Made by a program: the position numbers and the translations under genes | DNA from: a virus | Lineage: Duplodnaviria; Caudoviricetes | DNA: 64,000 nucleotides | Strand: one strand, 5' to 3' | Virus record (IMG/VR): IMGVR_UViG_3300033121_002140 | Span: 17,962 to 81,961 of that record | Part shown: one piece after another, positions 52,934 to 61,778 of the stretch | Layout of the letters: each line of letters starts with the position of its first letter | How positions within the stretch are numbered: position 1 is the stretch's first letter | Notes under the pieces: generated by a model | The model's input: the letters and a program-made list of their open reading frames with translations, nothing else | Databases searched by the model: none | Told to the model about the DNA's origin: nothing

Positions 52934-53148
52934 GTCCTGGGCACCACCTCAACCTTGCCTGAACGACGCAGCACCGCCGCGGTGCCCTGTGCTCTGCCGA
53001 CAGCCGGACTTGGATCGTACCACAGCACGAGCCCCCACTCATAGAGCTCTGTCTCCCCCGGATCTCCCGACCCGGTCCAGCTTTCGGCGCTCATTCCCAC
53101 GAACCACCACACGACAGCGCCGGGCCTAACTGTGCTCTTCGTCGCCAT
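52921..53148 (-). CDS. Small SH3/KOW-like hypothetical protein
   Basis: VRPGAVVWW...WGLVLW...AAVLRRSGKVE. Confidence 0.6.
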   Translation of the reverse strand: MATKSTVRPGAVVWWFVGMSAESWTGSGDPGETELYEWGLVLWYDPSPAVGRAQGTAAVLRRSGKVEVVPRTWLP

Positions 53149-53446
53149 CCGCGGGCTCTGCCAGGTACGCCGTGAGCAGGCGCGCCGCCACCTCGTCGAC
53201 CCGGGCACGCCACGGCCCGTCCTTGGCAAACCAATGCTCGAGCGTCTGCGCGACGATCGCGCGTGCGACGTCGGGCGCCTCGTCCAGGAGGCAGCCCACG
53301 TGGAGCTCGTTGAACCTTGCCAGCGCGCTCAGAGCCTCAGGTTCGTACTCGTCAGGCCTGGTGGAGGCCATGCCCTGCGGGTCCACGTCGCCGATTACCT
53401 GCGTGAATGCTCTGAGCAGCCGCGCGCCCTTGCTCGTTCCATGCAT
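53126..53446 (-). CDS. Hypothetical protein
   Basis: RPDEYEPEA motif; upstream TGTAGG-N18-TATTGT. Confidence 0.6.
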   Translation of the reverse strand: MHGTSKGARLLRAFTQVIGDVDPQGMASTRPDEYEPEALSALARFNELHVGCLLDEAPDVARAIVAQTLEHWFAKDGPWRARVDEVAARLLTAYLAEPADGDEEHS

Positions 53447-53480
53447 CGTGTGGACACAATACCCCCAGGGGGGATCACGC

Positions 53481-53861
53481 CTACACCCAGGCGCGGTCCA
53501 CGGGACGCCGCCGCTGTTCTTTGACATCACGCAGGCCCGCGCCGGGTTCGTCCGACTCCGTGCCGTCGTCCCAGAGCACGTGCGTGAGCTCGCCCTCGTG
53601 CCCGACCGCGCGGCCCTTCCGGGTGCCCGAGCCGTCTGTCACCCTGTAGCCCTGCGGCTTCGTGGACGAGGTCTTGGGAGTCGACACCTTGGTCGCCGCG
53701 ACAGGGTGTGCCTGCCCACCGGCTCCTTGGGCACCGCTGCCCTGGTTTCCGGTCATGGCAGGCTGCTGCGCCCTTTCTTTCTCGATCGCCGGGTGCACCA
53801 CCTCGCGGACCAGTGCCCGCAGCAGCGCCTCAATCCTCGTCTCCGTGGTCCTGGCCGTCAT
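53481..53861 (-). CDS. Hypothetical protein with N-terminal tag
   Basis: RIEALLRALVREVV. Confidence 0.55.
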   Translation of the reverse strand: MTARTTETRIEALLRALVREVVHPAIEKERAQQPAMTGNQGSGAQGAGGQAHPVAATKVSTPKTSSTKPQGYRVTDGSGTRKGRAVGHEGELTHVLWDDGTESDEPGAGLRDVKEQRRRPVDRAWV

Positions 53862-54306
53862 CACGCCTCTTCTCACGCCGCTGTCGCCTCTCGGCGTACT
53901 TACGTGCCCGGTCCCGGTCCCGATCGGCAGACAGCGCGGCAGAAGTCCCAACCACGGGACTGCGCTTCTGCAGGATCGCGCTCGCCCTGCCCAGGTTCTC
54001 GGGCCCGCCCATGCCGATCGCCTTCTCGGCGACTCGATCCACAAACTTGGCCACGTCGATCGCAAGGCGATCGAACAGCAGGTGGTCGCCGTAGAACGGG
54101 TCAGCCTTCGCCTGCCAGTGATGGTTCTTGTGCACGCGGGCCGTGAACTCCAGGTGCACCAGGACGACAGAGAGCTCGGGCACGGAGACCTGGCTCCAGA
54201 GCGCGAGCTCGTTCTGGAAGTCGACGTCGGTGCCCAACCGCCTGACCAGCAACCGCACTTCCGCGGTCTCCACCAGGCGCCTGCGCCCAGAAGGCGCCCT
54301 TCTCAT
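53830..54306 (-). CDS. Dps/ferritin-like protein
   Basis: HKNHHWQ...FYGDHLLFDRL...DRVAEK ferroxidase-type pattern. Confidence 0.78.
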   Translation of the reverse strand: MRRAPSGRRRLVETAEVRLLVRRLGTDVDFQNELALWSQVSVPELSVVLVHLEFTARVHKNHHWQAKADPFYGDHLLFDRLAIDVAKFVDRVAEKAIGMGGPENLGRASAILQKRSPVVGTSAALSADRDRDRARKYAERRQRREKRRDDGQDHGDED

Positions 54307-55328
54307 CACTTCACCTCGGCGGAGAACACGATCCTGTCTGCGGTGCCGGGCGACCACGAGATGCGGGTGGGCTCACCCGTCGCGGCGGCCCGGCCGTTCC
54401 AGGCGCGGACGTACGAGTCCAGGGCACGCTCGTCCAGTGCCCGGGGCGCGCCGCCGTGCGGCAGGCGGCCCACGACAGGCACCCTGAGGCCGGAGTCGAC
54501 GCCCTCACGGAGGCGTCCCCGCTGGACAGTGCTCGAGGGAGGTGCCGAACGGATCCTGAAGACGCGCTCGACGTCGGCCTTGAAGCCGGACGCACGCTCG
54601 TCGAGCCGGGCGACCGGGTCGCTGTCATGCTCCTCGATCAAGGGCATGACAGGAGTCTCCGCCACGGCACGCCGACGCAAGAAGCCCGCCGCCTCGCGCA
54701 GGTAGCGGTCAGGACGCTCCAGCGTCTCCTCCTCACGCTCTGTCCGGAGGTCGTCCAGGGCCTCGAGCAACCGCTCTTCGTCGATGACGATGCCTGACAG
54801 GGCCCGAGTAGAACCCGCGAGCCGGCGAACGGCGACGGGTTCCCACCCAAATTCCATGCGCCTGCCGAAGTCCTGCATCAGTCGCTCCGCGAGCGAGCGA
54901 TAGTAGCCGTCGCTGAGCTCGGGTCCCTCGTGCTGCTTCACGGCGTCGCCTGTCAGGCGGGTCCCAGGCTCGTCGTCCCCCTCGCACAAGGACCGTAGGC
55001 GTGCTGCCCGGCGCACGCCTGGATCCGGGTCCCTGCCCAGTCTCTCCGCGAGCCGCGGCGGCAGCAGCCGGGCCGCGAGCCGCCGCACGTCACGCGATGG
55101 GTCGTCGACGAACTTCAGGAGGACGCTGGCCCGCGCCCCCTGGCCCGCGTGGGGGCCCAGCTCGTCCAGGCGGGCATGCACAGCCTCGACCATGTGAGCC
55201 AGCGTGCCGCGCACGGGCACGGTCGGACCCAGGACCCTCCTGAGCTCAGAACCCAGGTCTGCGACGGCGCGCGTGCGCTCCACGGCATGGGTGGCCTCGC
55301 TTCGAAGGTGTGACAGTCGCAGCTGCAT
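54306..55328 (-). CDS. Hypothetical late protein with short HEAT-like repeats
   Basis: DDPSRDVRRLAA / DPDPGVRRAA; MQLRLSHLRSEA. Confidence 0.65.
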   Translation of the reverse strand: MQLRLSHLRSEATHAVERTRAVADLGSELRRVLGPTVPVRGTLAHMVEAVHARLDELGPHAGQGARASVLLKFVDDPSRDVRRLAARLLPPRLAERLGRDPDPGVRRAARLRSLCEGDDEPGTRLTGDAVKQHEGPELSDGYYRSLAERLMQDFGRRMEFGWEPVAVRRLAGSTRALSGIVIDEERLLEALDDLRTEREEETLERPDRYLREAAGFLRRRAVAETPVMPLIEEHDSDPVARLDERASGFKADVERVFRIRSAPPSSTVQRGRLREGVDSGLRVPVVGRLPHGGAPRALDERALDSYVRAWNGRAAATGEPTRISWSPGTADRIVFSAEVK

Positions 55329-55347
55329 CAGCTTCCTCTCCGCGGGG

Positions 55348-55354
55348 TAAGTAG
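55348..55354 (-). promoter_or_regulatory. Putative late-promoter heptamer
   Basis: CTACTTA 19 nt before ATG 55328, with GAGAGGA RBS in between. Confidence 0.55.
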
Positions 55355-55388
55355 GTCCCGCCCGCGAAGGTCGTCCCCCCCAGCGAGC

Positions 55389-55907
55389 TCAGCGACCCGC
55401 GAGCCCGGGCAGGTAGCCATCCCACGACGGATGCCAGTAGGACCGGCTCTCCTGGTCGAGAAGATGCAGCGGATGCGGCTCCCTAGGGACAGTCAGGAGC
55501 CGCATGTCTGCCTCCTCCGGCGTCCTGTTTCGCTTCTTCTTGTTGCAGCTGCGACACGCGGTGACGCAGTTGGTCCACGTCCGCCGTCCCCCGCGCGATT
55601 CTGGCATGATGTGTTCGACCTCGGCCGTCTTTGGCAGGACAGGATCGCCGCAGTACTGGCACGTCCATCCATCGCGGTTGAATAGCGCCCGGCGCCTGAA
55701 CCGAGGAGGCCGCCGCGGGCGCCTGACGTAACGCCTGAGCGCGGCGAGCGCGGGTGCCTGCCATGTCTGTGACGCGGAACTAAAGACGGCGTCGGACCAC
55801 GTGTCGAGCACCTCGATCCTGCCCTTGACCAGGAGGAACATCGCGTGCTCGAGCGAGATGAAGTCCAGGGGCTCCCGGGAACCGTTCAACAGCAGCACTC
55901 GTCTCAT
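55389..55907 (-). CDS. HNH endonuclease (McrA-like)
   Basis: RDGWTCQYCG, EHIMPESRGG..TWTNCVTACRSCNKKK. Confidence 0.92.
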   Translation of the reverse strand: MRRVLLLNGSREPLDFISLEHAMFLLVKGRIEVLDTWSDAVFSSASQTWQAPALAALRRYVRRPRRPPRFRRRALFNRDGWTCQYCGDPVLPKTAEVEHIMPESRGGRRTWTNCVTACRSCNKKKRNRTPEEADMRLLTVPREPHPLHLLDQESRSYWHPSWDGYLPGLAGR

Positions 55908-55913
55908 GGCGCA

Positions 55914-56756
55914 TCACTCCACGTCGACCGGGACCTGGACGGCGGGGCTACCGTACGCAGCCCCGCCGACATGGCATGTGAGGTTCGACCTCAGGCGTCC
56001 GCTCCACCGCGCGTGCGTGTGACCGCACAGCACCGTGAACTGGTTGCGCGGATGGTCCGCCGCGGCACGGACCAGGATCTCGCCCATCGTCCTGCTCGAA
56101 TACCACGGAAGGTGACCGGGCTTCGCGCTGCGGCCCCTGACCGCCTCGACGAAGGGTGGAAAATGGGTCAGCACCAGCACGTTCTTGTACCCGGCCGTGC
56201 AGGCCGACTCGATCCCGGCCAGGACCGACGCGGCACCCTCCTGGGCCAGGCCGCGGGCTGTCCTGATGATGTGGTCCGTGAACCTACCCGGGTCGACTTC
56301 GCCTCCGTAGATGCCGGGCGGAGAGACCCAGCCTGCAGCGAACTCCGCGATCTCGCGCCAGTCGGTCATGACGAAGTCGGTCCTGTCCATGTCACCATTG
56401 CGACAGTCGTACCAACCGTCATGGCCCACCAGCGCGGTCGCCTCGGTCAGGCCCACGTGCGGTGAGTCCGACAGATAGCACAGGCCTGCTCCCGGATCCA
56501 GCCCACGCAGGGCCTGCCTGCCGTTTTGCACGGAGGTGCCGTAGTAGTCGTGGTTGCCAGCGACGAAGTAGATGGGCAGGCCCAGCCCGGCCTGGAGCTC
56601 GCGGAGGTGATCGACGACGCCTGGGCCCGTCGAGATGTCGCCCGTCAGCAGCAGGCCCTGGGCCCGCGTGCCTGCGATCCTCGCGCACAGCGCCCTGATC
56701 CCAACGCTGTCGACGTTGTCAAGGTGGATGTCTGTGCACCATGCGAACCTCTTCAT
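55914..56756 (-). CDS. Calcineurin-like metallophosphoesterase
   Basis: TDIH, TGDI, GNHD, THFPP, CGHTH. Confidence 0.92.
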   Translation of the reverse strand: MKRFAWCTDIHLDNVDSVGIRALCARIAGTRAQGLLLTGDISTGPGVVDHLRELQAGLGLPIYFVAGNHDYYGTSVQNGRQALRGLDPGAGLCYLSDSPHVGLTEATALVGHDGWYDCRNGDMDRTDFVMTDWREIAEFAAGWVSPPGIYGGEVDPGRFTDHIIRTARGLAQEGAASVLAGIESACTAGYKNVLVLTHFPPFVEAVRGRSAKPGHLPWYSSRTMGEILVRAAADHPRNQFTVLCGHTHARWSGRLRSNLTCHVGGAAYGSPAVQVPVDVE

Positions 56757-57007
56757 CTCTTCAGCTCCTTCAGGGTCCCCTTTTGGGCCACGTAGATCCT
56801 GCAGCGTGCCACCACATCGGGCTCGTCGGCTCCCACCCAGCTCTCGTGCCAACACATGTCGATGGGGCACGCGAGATAGAAACCCGCCGGGGCTGCCCCG
56901 AGCGCGTCACGGTACCTCAGGTTCTGAAGCGTGAACTCGAGCAGGTAGCAACAGCCATTGCACGCCTTGACGTACCGCGCGACGGGTGCCGTGCTGATGA
57001 TCCTCAC
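56753..57007 (-). CDS. Small Cys-rich protein (paralogue of next ORF)
   Basis: CNGCCYLLEFT...FYLACPIDMC..SWVGAD. Confidence 0.55.
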   Translation of the reverse strand: MRIISTAPVARYVKACNGCCYLLEFTLQNLRYRDALGAAPAGFYLACPIDMCWHESWVGADEPDVVARCRIYVAQKGTLKELKR

Positions 57008-57246
57008 GGGCCACCCGCTGAGACCCGCGCGTACCTGACAGACCCACGGTCGGCACCGATCCACGTGCGCTCCCCGCAGCCTCGACGGGGACACGCGACG
57101 TACAGGCCCTTTTTTTCGACCGCGTCATGGTCGGAGTCGGTCCTGTGCAGCGTCACGTCCTCGAACGTGAACTCGAGCATGCGCATGCAGCAGCATGGGA
57201 TCCTCAGCGTCTCGACGGGACCATCGCCCACGACCCGCACAGGCAT
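57004..57246 (-). CDS. Small Cys-rich protein (paralogue of previous ORF)
   Basis: CCCMRMLEFT...LYVACPRRGC..TWIGAD. Confidence 0.55.
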   Translation of the reverse strand: MPVRVVGDGPVETLRIPCCCMRMLEFTFEDVTLHRTDSDHDAVEKKGLYVACPRRGCGERTWIGADRGSVRYARVSAGGP

Positions 57247-57285
57247 GACATCACCTCTGACCGAGGATACCCCGGCACGGGTCTG

Positions 57286-58233
57286 TCATACACCGCGCAG
57301 CGCTCTGGCCTCGTCCTCAAGCTGTTCGTTCATGTTCTGCTGCAGCTCCTGCGGCGACAGCCCGGAGCCCGAGCCGCGGGGGCTGCAGCAGAAGGCATCG
57401 CCCCCGCCCCACTCGTCTCCGGGTCGTGAGTCGATCCTGTTGAGCCTGCGCGCCAGCGCCCGGAGGTCTGGGCCCGTGTAGGGAGAGGGACGCCCCACGA
57501 CATGGTCCCAGCGACCGTCAGCCCGCTGTCTCACGGAGGCGAAGGTCTGGATGCCCCGGGCGAACATGCCCAGCCGGGCATGGAAACCCCGCTCGCGCAC
57601 CATGGTCCAGCCCGGTCCGCCCCCGATCACGTCGAAGTCGACCTCGAGATCGACCGTCCGACCGCGACCCGCGACGTGCAGACCGATCCTGTCGGCCACC
57701 TGCCTGATGACCTCCTCGAACTCGCGCGGATCCCGACCCGCTAGGCCGCCCCTGTGCCTGAACCGCCTGTACGGATCGTAGATCCAGGCGAGCTCGCGGA
57801 GCACGGGCAGATCGATCGGAAACGGGTACGCTCCTGCGGTCGTGTCGAGCGCGTCCTCCATCGACACGAGCCTGTTCAGGAGCGGGTTCATGGTGTGCTC
57901 CACCATGCAGTGCTGTTCGAGCAGGTACCAGGACGTGCACACGTCCTCGTCGCAGTCGTTCACGTAGGCCTCGAGGCACGGTGCCGTGCCATTCCTGAAG
58001 CGCCTGAACAGGCCCTGCCTGATCGCCATCATCACCTGAGCGCAGGTGGAGCGGGTGGCGAGCCTATCGACCTCCTCGTGGTGGTTGAAATTCGCGCGAG
58101 GGGCGACATGGTCGTAACGGGGGCCTGCCGCCACATAGCCGTCGAGCGCGATGCTGAAGGGAGGGGTGCTGCCGCAGAAATCGTCCCACGTGACGTGGGT
58201 GGCCGAGGGTCTGACCCTCAACGCGACGCTCAT
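57286..58233 (-). CDS. Possible permuted DHH-like phosphoesterase
   Basis: IALDG, NFNHH, YVNDCDEDV; family assignment tentative. Confidence 0.45.
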   Translation of the reverse strand: MSVALRVRPSATHVTWDDFCGSTPPFSIALDGYVAAGPRYDHVAPRANFNHHEEVDRLATRSTCAQVMMAIRQGLFRRFRNGTAPCLEAYVNDCDEDVCTSWYLLEQHCMVEHTMNPLLNRLVSMEDALDTTAGAYPFPIDLPVLRELAWIYDPYRRFRHRGGLAGRDPREFEEVIRQVADRIGLHVAGRGRTVDLEVDFDVIGGGPGWTMVRERGFHARLGMFARGIQTFASVRQRADGRWDHVVGRPSPYTGPDLRALARRLNRIDSRPGDEWGGGDAFCCSPRGSGSGLSPQELQQNMNEQLEDEARALRGV

Positions 58234-58315
58234 TCTCTGTATGGTCTCCGGGAGGTTCGGTCGCACGGGAGTGGGCAACGTGCCCGCTCCGCACGGGTCC
58301 GACGTAGAACATAGG

Positions 58316-58759
58316 TCAGGGCCAGCTCCCACGACGCGGCAACGATTGCCACCCGTCGTCGGCCCCAGGGTCGTGGTAGTCCGGGGCGCGCCGGGCCAGC
58401 TCCGTGCCGTGACGCTTCCTGAGCTTCTCCTGCTCGTCCCGCAGGCCCACCTTCCAGGACATGCGCCGGTCGTGCTGGGCCACGCTGATCCAGTGGTCGC
58501 CCCCGTTGTAGGCCATTGACTCCACTTTGGTGACCTGAGCCAGCCCGCCTGCCACGTCATCCCAGCCGTGGGAGATCGACATCATGGTGGGCACGTAGAT
58601 CCAGACCCCCACCGTGGGCACGCCGGACCCCGCGTGCGGCTTGGTCCCAAAGCCCTCCTTGCCCGTCATGCACGCGGCGCCAGGGACGTCGCACGACTGG
58701 GTGGGGGGGCCCATGCAGCTCGCCTTCGTCGCTTGACCACTGCAAATCAACAAACTCAT
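58316..58759 (-). CDS. Hypothetical protein
   Basis: ORF in minus-strand run; start uncertain. Confidence 0.45.
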   Translation of the reverse strand: MSLLICSGQATKASCMGPPTQSCDVPGAACMTGKEGFGTKPHAGSGVPTVGVWIYVPTMMSISHGWDDVAGGLAQVTKVESMAYNGGDHWISVAQHDRRMSWKVGLRDEQEKLRKRHGTELARRAPDYHDPGADDGWQSLPRRGSWP

Positions 58760-58790
58760 GATCAGAGCGTACGCAATACCATCAGACGTC

Positions 58791-58796
58791 TACAAT
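58791..58796 (+). promoter_or_regulatory. -10 element, leaderless
   Basis: TACAAT-N6-ATG 58803. Confidence 0.55.
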
Positions 58797-58802
58797 CGAT
58801 CC

Positions 58803-59426
58803 ATGCTTCACATCTACATCGATCGCACCAACGAAGGCGTGCCATTCTACGTTGGGATGGGTGATGAATCGCGCGTGCGCCTCAAGCGACGCAACAAGCA
58901 CCACAGCAGCGTGGCACGAAAACACGGCCTCGTGCGCACGATCGTCGAGTCGCACGAGACCAGGGAAGCAGCCGCGCTGCGCGAGACCGAGCTCATCGCC
59001 GAGCTTCACACGTTCGTCGACGACCCGCTCTACAATGGACTGGGCTGCAACTACACCAAGGGTGGTGAGGGCTGTTCCTGCGACGAAGGAACTCGCCAAA
59101 AGATCAGCGACGCCAAGAAAGCAGCGTACGCAGCAGGACGAATGCCTTGGAACAAGGGTAAATCTGCGCCGGTGAAACTCAGCGACGAAGAACGCGAACG
59201 TCGTCGACAGCTGTTGGCTAATCGGAATCGTCGGATCAAACCGATGCTTGGTCGATCACACACTGATGAGAGCAGAGCGAAGATGAAACGACCCCATCGA
59301 TGTTCCATCTGCACTGAAACAGGTCACACCAAAACGACCTGCCCACAGCGTCCTGCTGACGCCGTAAACAACGTGCAGATTGCACAGAAAAACCGGTACA
59401 GACGAGCTAGAACGCTCCGTAATTGA
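58803..59426 (+). CDS. GIY-YIG-type homing endonuclease with NUMOD3 and Zn-knuckle-like C-terminus
   Basis: HIYID...PFYVGMG..SR, NYTKGGEG, PWNKG, HTDESRAKM, CSIC..TGHTKTTC. Confidence 0.82.
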   Translation: MLHIYIDRTNEGVPFYVGMGDESRVRLKRRNKHHSSVARKHGLVRTIVESHETREAAALRETELIAELHTFVDDPLYNGLGCNYTKGGEGCSCDEGTRQKISDAKKAAYAAGRMPWNKGKSAPVKLSDEERERRRQLLANRNRRIKPMLGRSHTDESRAKMKRPHRCSICTETGHTKTTCPQRPADAVNNVQIAQKNRYRRARTLRN

Positions 59427-60423
59427 CTTGGAACACCGTGAGCCCCAGCTCTTCTCGCCACAGCCGCACCACACAGTCCCTGTCATCGTACACGCTCAGG
59501 ACCCTGTACTTGCCCATGATCTCGCGCTCGTAGATCTCTTTCTTGATGAGCGAGTCCTTTCGAGTGTCGCCCTCAGGCCGCATGAAGAGCCGATAGGGCA
59601 TGGCTGCCGTGGTGTGCTCCGCCACCTCGTCGTCGAACACGTCACCGGACACCGTGGTCTCGACCCTGGGCAACCGATAGTAGCGCCGCAGGAACCGCTC
59701 CGTGGGCTCCCGGAACTTGGCGTCGCGCCCAGACACGAACAGCACCTTGGCGCCACGCTGGATGTGCACCGCCTTCACGGTCTCGATCACGGGCCAGTTG
59801 GGCAGGTCCTGGTCGCACCTGGCCGCGTCGTACGGGTTGCGCCCGTTCATGAGCGCGCTGGTGCCGTCCAGGTCGACGATGATGGCCTCGGGCAGGGACG
59901 GGTCCTGCACAGCGGTCTGGCCCTCGGGCCTGCGCGGATACATGGTCGTCCGAGGCGCGAGCGCCGCCTTCTCGAGGTTCTTGCCGAACTTCGCGTGCAT
60001 CTCCTGAATCCGGTCCTCAGGCACATGGCTCAGCGGATCCGCGGCGGCCCGGGCTGCGACCCTCCGCAGGCACTCGTCGAGCGGGACCACGAAGACCCGC
60101 TCGGTCACGGTGACGTCCCCAAGCTCCTCCGCGACCTGGTGCGCGCGCTTCATGCTGTCGCCGGGCAGGTGCGTGTTGTCAAGGATGACGTCCTTGCCCT
60201 TGCGCAGCGCCGTGCGCAGCGCGTGCTCCTGCATCTCATGCACGAAGGCCTCGCGATCCTTCTGGGTCGCAGGATCACGGTACGTGCTGGCACCGTACAG
60301 CATCAGCCGCAGGTCGTCCTTGTTGATCCTGCACCAACGACCTGGTTCTTCGGCGAGTTGCGCCTTGGCCCAGGTCGACTTACCGCTGCCCGGGATCCCA
60401 CGGGTACAGATGACTGTCCTCAT
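59407..60423 (-). CDS. pseT: Polynucleotide 5'-kinase/3'-phosphatase (T4 PseT-like)
   Basis: GIPGSGKST, NKDDLR, LDNT; HAD DLDGT, SGRD, MRPEGDTRKD, DDR. Confidence 0.93.
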   Translation of the reverse strand: MRTVICTRGIPGSGKSTWAKAQLAEEPGRWCRINKDDLRLMLYGASTYRDPATQKDREAFVHEMQEHALRTALRKGKDVILDNTHLPGDSMKRAHQVAEELGDVTVTERVFVVPLDECLRRVAARAAADPLSHVPEDRIQEMHAKFGKNLEKAALAPRTTMYPRRPEGQTAVQDPSLPEAIIVDLDGTSALMNGRNPYDAARCDQDLPNWPVIETVKAVHIQRGAKVLFVSGRDAKFREPTERFLRRYYRLPRVETTVSGDVFDDEVAEHTTAAMPYRLFMRPEGDTRKDSLIKKEIYEREIMGKYRVLSVYDDRDCVVRLWREELGLTVFQVNYGAF

Positions 60424-60784
60424 GGCTCGACCATACGGCCACGGGCGAGGGTTGTGTCAGCCCTCGGGTCCGATGAACCTCATACAGGCGCAGGACTATG
60501 GGCTCGGGTGCCATCATCCACACGACGCGGCCGAGCAGCAACACGCACCACATCGCGTCGCCCGCGCTGGAGGGGGCGATGGGCACAACGCCTAAAACGA
60601 GGATGGGGTGACCAATGACACAGTTTTCAGTGATTCCCTGTGTCAGGCTGGGACCATCAGGTCCATCCCTGCGGGCCGCCCAAAGGTAGCACGGGTTCCC
60701 GAGCTGGCAGCCCAGCTGGCTCGCCCCAGGCCGTCGAAACAGCACGCAGCCCGGGCACAGGGTCAATGCCCGTGCCTGATCCAT
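60380..60784 (-). CDS. Hypothetical protein
   Basis: ORF filling the gap; weak resemblance to the small SH3-like family. Confidence 0.4.
   Translation of the reverse strand: MDQARALTLCPGCVLFRRPGASQLGCQLGNPCYLWAARRDGPDGPSLTQGITENCVIGHPILVLGVVPIAPSSAGDAMWCVLLLGRVVWMMAPEPIVLRLYEVHRTRGLTQPSPVAVWSSHEDSHLYPWDPGQR
60430..60459 (-). promoter_or_regulatory. sigma70-type promoter, leaderless
   Basis: TGACAC-N18-TATGGT-N6-ATG. Confidence 0.55.
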
Positions 60785-61374
60785 GATTCAGCCGCAGCAT
60801 GCATCCTCGGGTGCGCATGCGCCAGCACCTCGCGCCAGGGCGCGTCGTGGAGCGGTCTGAGCCCGGCGATGTCAGCCATGAAGACCCAGCGAAACGGACG
60901 GCCCTCACGGAGCAATGAAGGGTTCAAGATGAAGAGCCGCAGCGCCTCCGCGATGGACTCGCCCAGGTGAGGCTCGTAGCCGCTGACGCAGGGCTCGTGC
61001 TTGAACACACGCTGTGCAGCGAGCCACAGGTCCCGATAGCCCAGGGCCTCATGGACGTGGTGTCCGGTCTCGTGGGCCGTGACGCCCACAGCCGTGAGGT
61101 CGGCCTTGAAGCCCGGAAAGGACCAGCTGAAGCCCGGCGTCCGCACTGGCGTCACCGATTTCTTGAGGTCCACGAAGACGCGCGAGGGCGAGGTCCCATC
61201 GCTCGGGACGTACAGACCCCGGTCCTTCCACTTGCCCTTGATGGGCGGGGGACCCGGCACGAACTGGGGATGGGCGATGCCGTTGAGGCTCAGGAACTCG
61301 CGGCATAAGGCGACCGCGTCCGAGAAGGCCTGCACCTTCTGATACGACCCAGGGTCGGCGATGTAGGGAGGCAT
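60763..61374 (-). CDS. Putative zincin-like metallopeptidase
   Basis: TAHETGHHVH (HExxH) followed by ESIAE. Confidence 0.55.
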   Translation of the reverse strand: MPPYIADPGSYQKVQAFSDAVALCREFLSLNGIAHPQFVPGPPPIKGKWKDRGLYVPSDGTSPSRVFVDLKKSVTPVRTPGFSWSFPGFKADLTAVGVTAHETGHHVHEALGYRDLWLAAQRVFKHEPCVSGYEPHLGESIAEALRLFILNPSLLREGRPFRWVFMADIAGLRPLHDAPWREVLAHAHPRMHAAAESWIRHGH

Positions 61375-61380
61375 GAGGGC

Positions 61381-61409
61381 ATCATACCACGCCGCTGCGT
61401 GCGCCGACA
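61381..61409 (-). promoter_or_regulatory. sigma70-type promoter, leaderless
   Basis: TGTCGG-N17-TATGAT-N6-ATG. Confidence 0.7.
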
Positions 61410-61416
61410 TGCCCGC

Positions 61417-61773
61417 TCACCTGTTCCGTGTGCTCCGAATCGACTTGATCATGGAGACGATCGACTGGGTCGCGGCCTGTTCCACGTCAGCCCCGAACGT
61501 GTCGGTGAAGTCCTGAGCCGTGAGCTCCTCCACGACCGAACCGTCAATGAGGTCCGATCGGACGATGGCCATGTACGCGGCCTCTGTCATCCGCTCGAGC
61601 GCCGAGATGAACTTCTCATCCTCGCCTAGGGCGTCGGAGACTGTGTTCACCAGGCGCGTCTCGCTGGTCCGAGCCACGTTGCCCATCCCGGTGCCCGTGG
61701 GCGTGCCCTCGTCGTCGAAGGCGGCCTCACGGATGATGCGCCTGAGCTGCTCCCGGGTGATCCTGATCGCCAT
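61417..61773 (-). CDS. Hypothetical protein with N-terminal tag
   Basis: MAIRITREQLRRIIREAA. Confidence 0.7.
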   Translation of the reverse strand: MAIRITREQLRRIIREAAFDDEGTPTGTGMGNVARTSETRLVNTVSDALGEDEKFISALERMTEAAYMAIVRSDLIDGSVVEELTAQDFTDTFGADVEQAATQSIVSMIKSIRSTRNR

Positions 61774-61778
61774 GTCGT

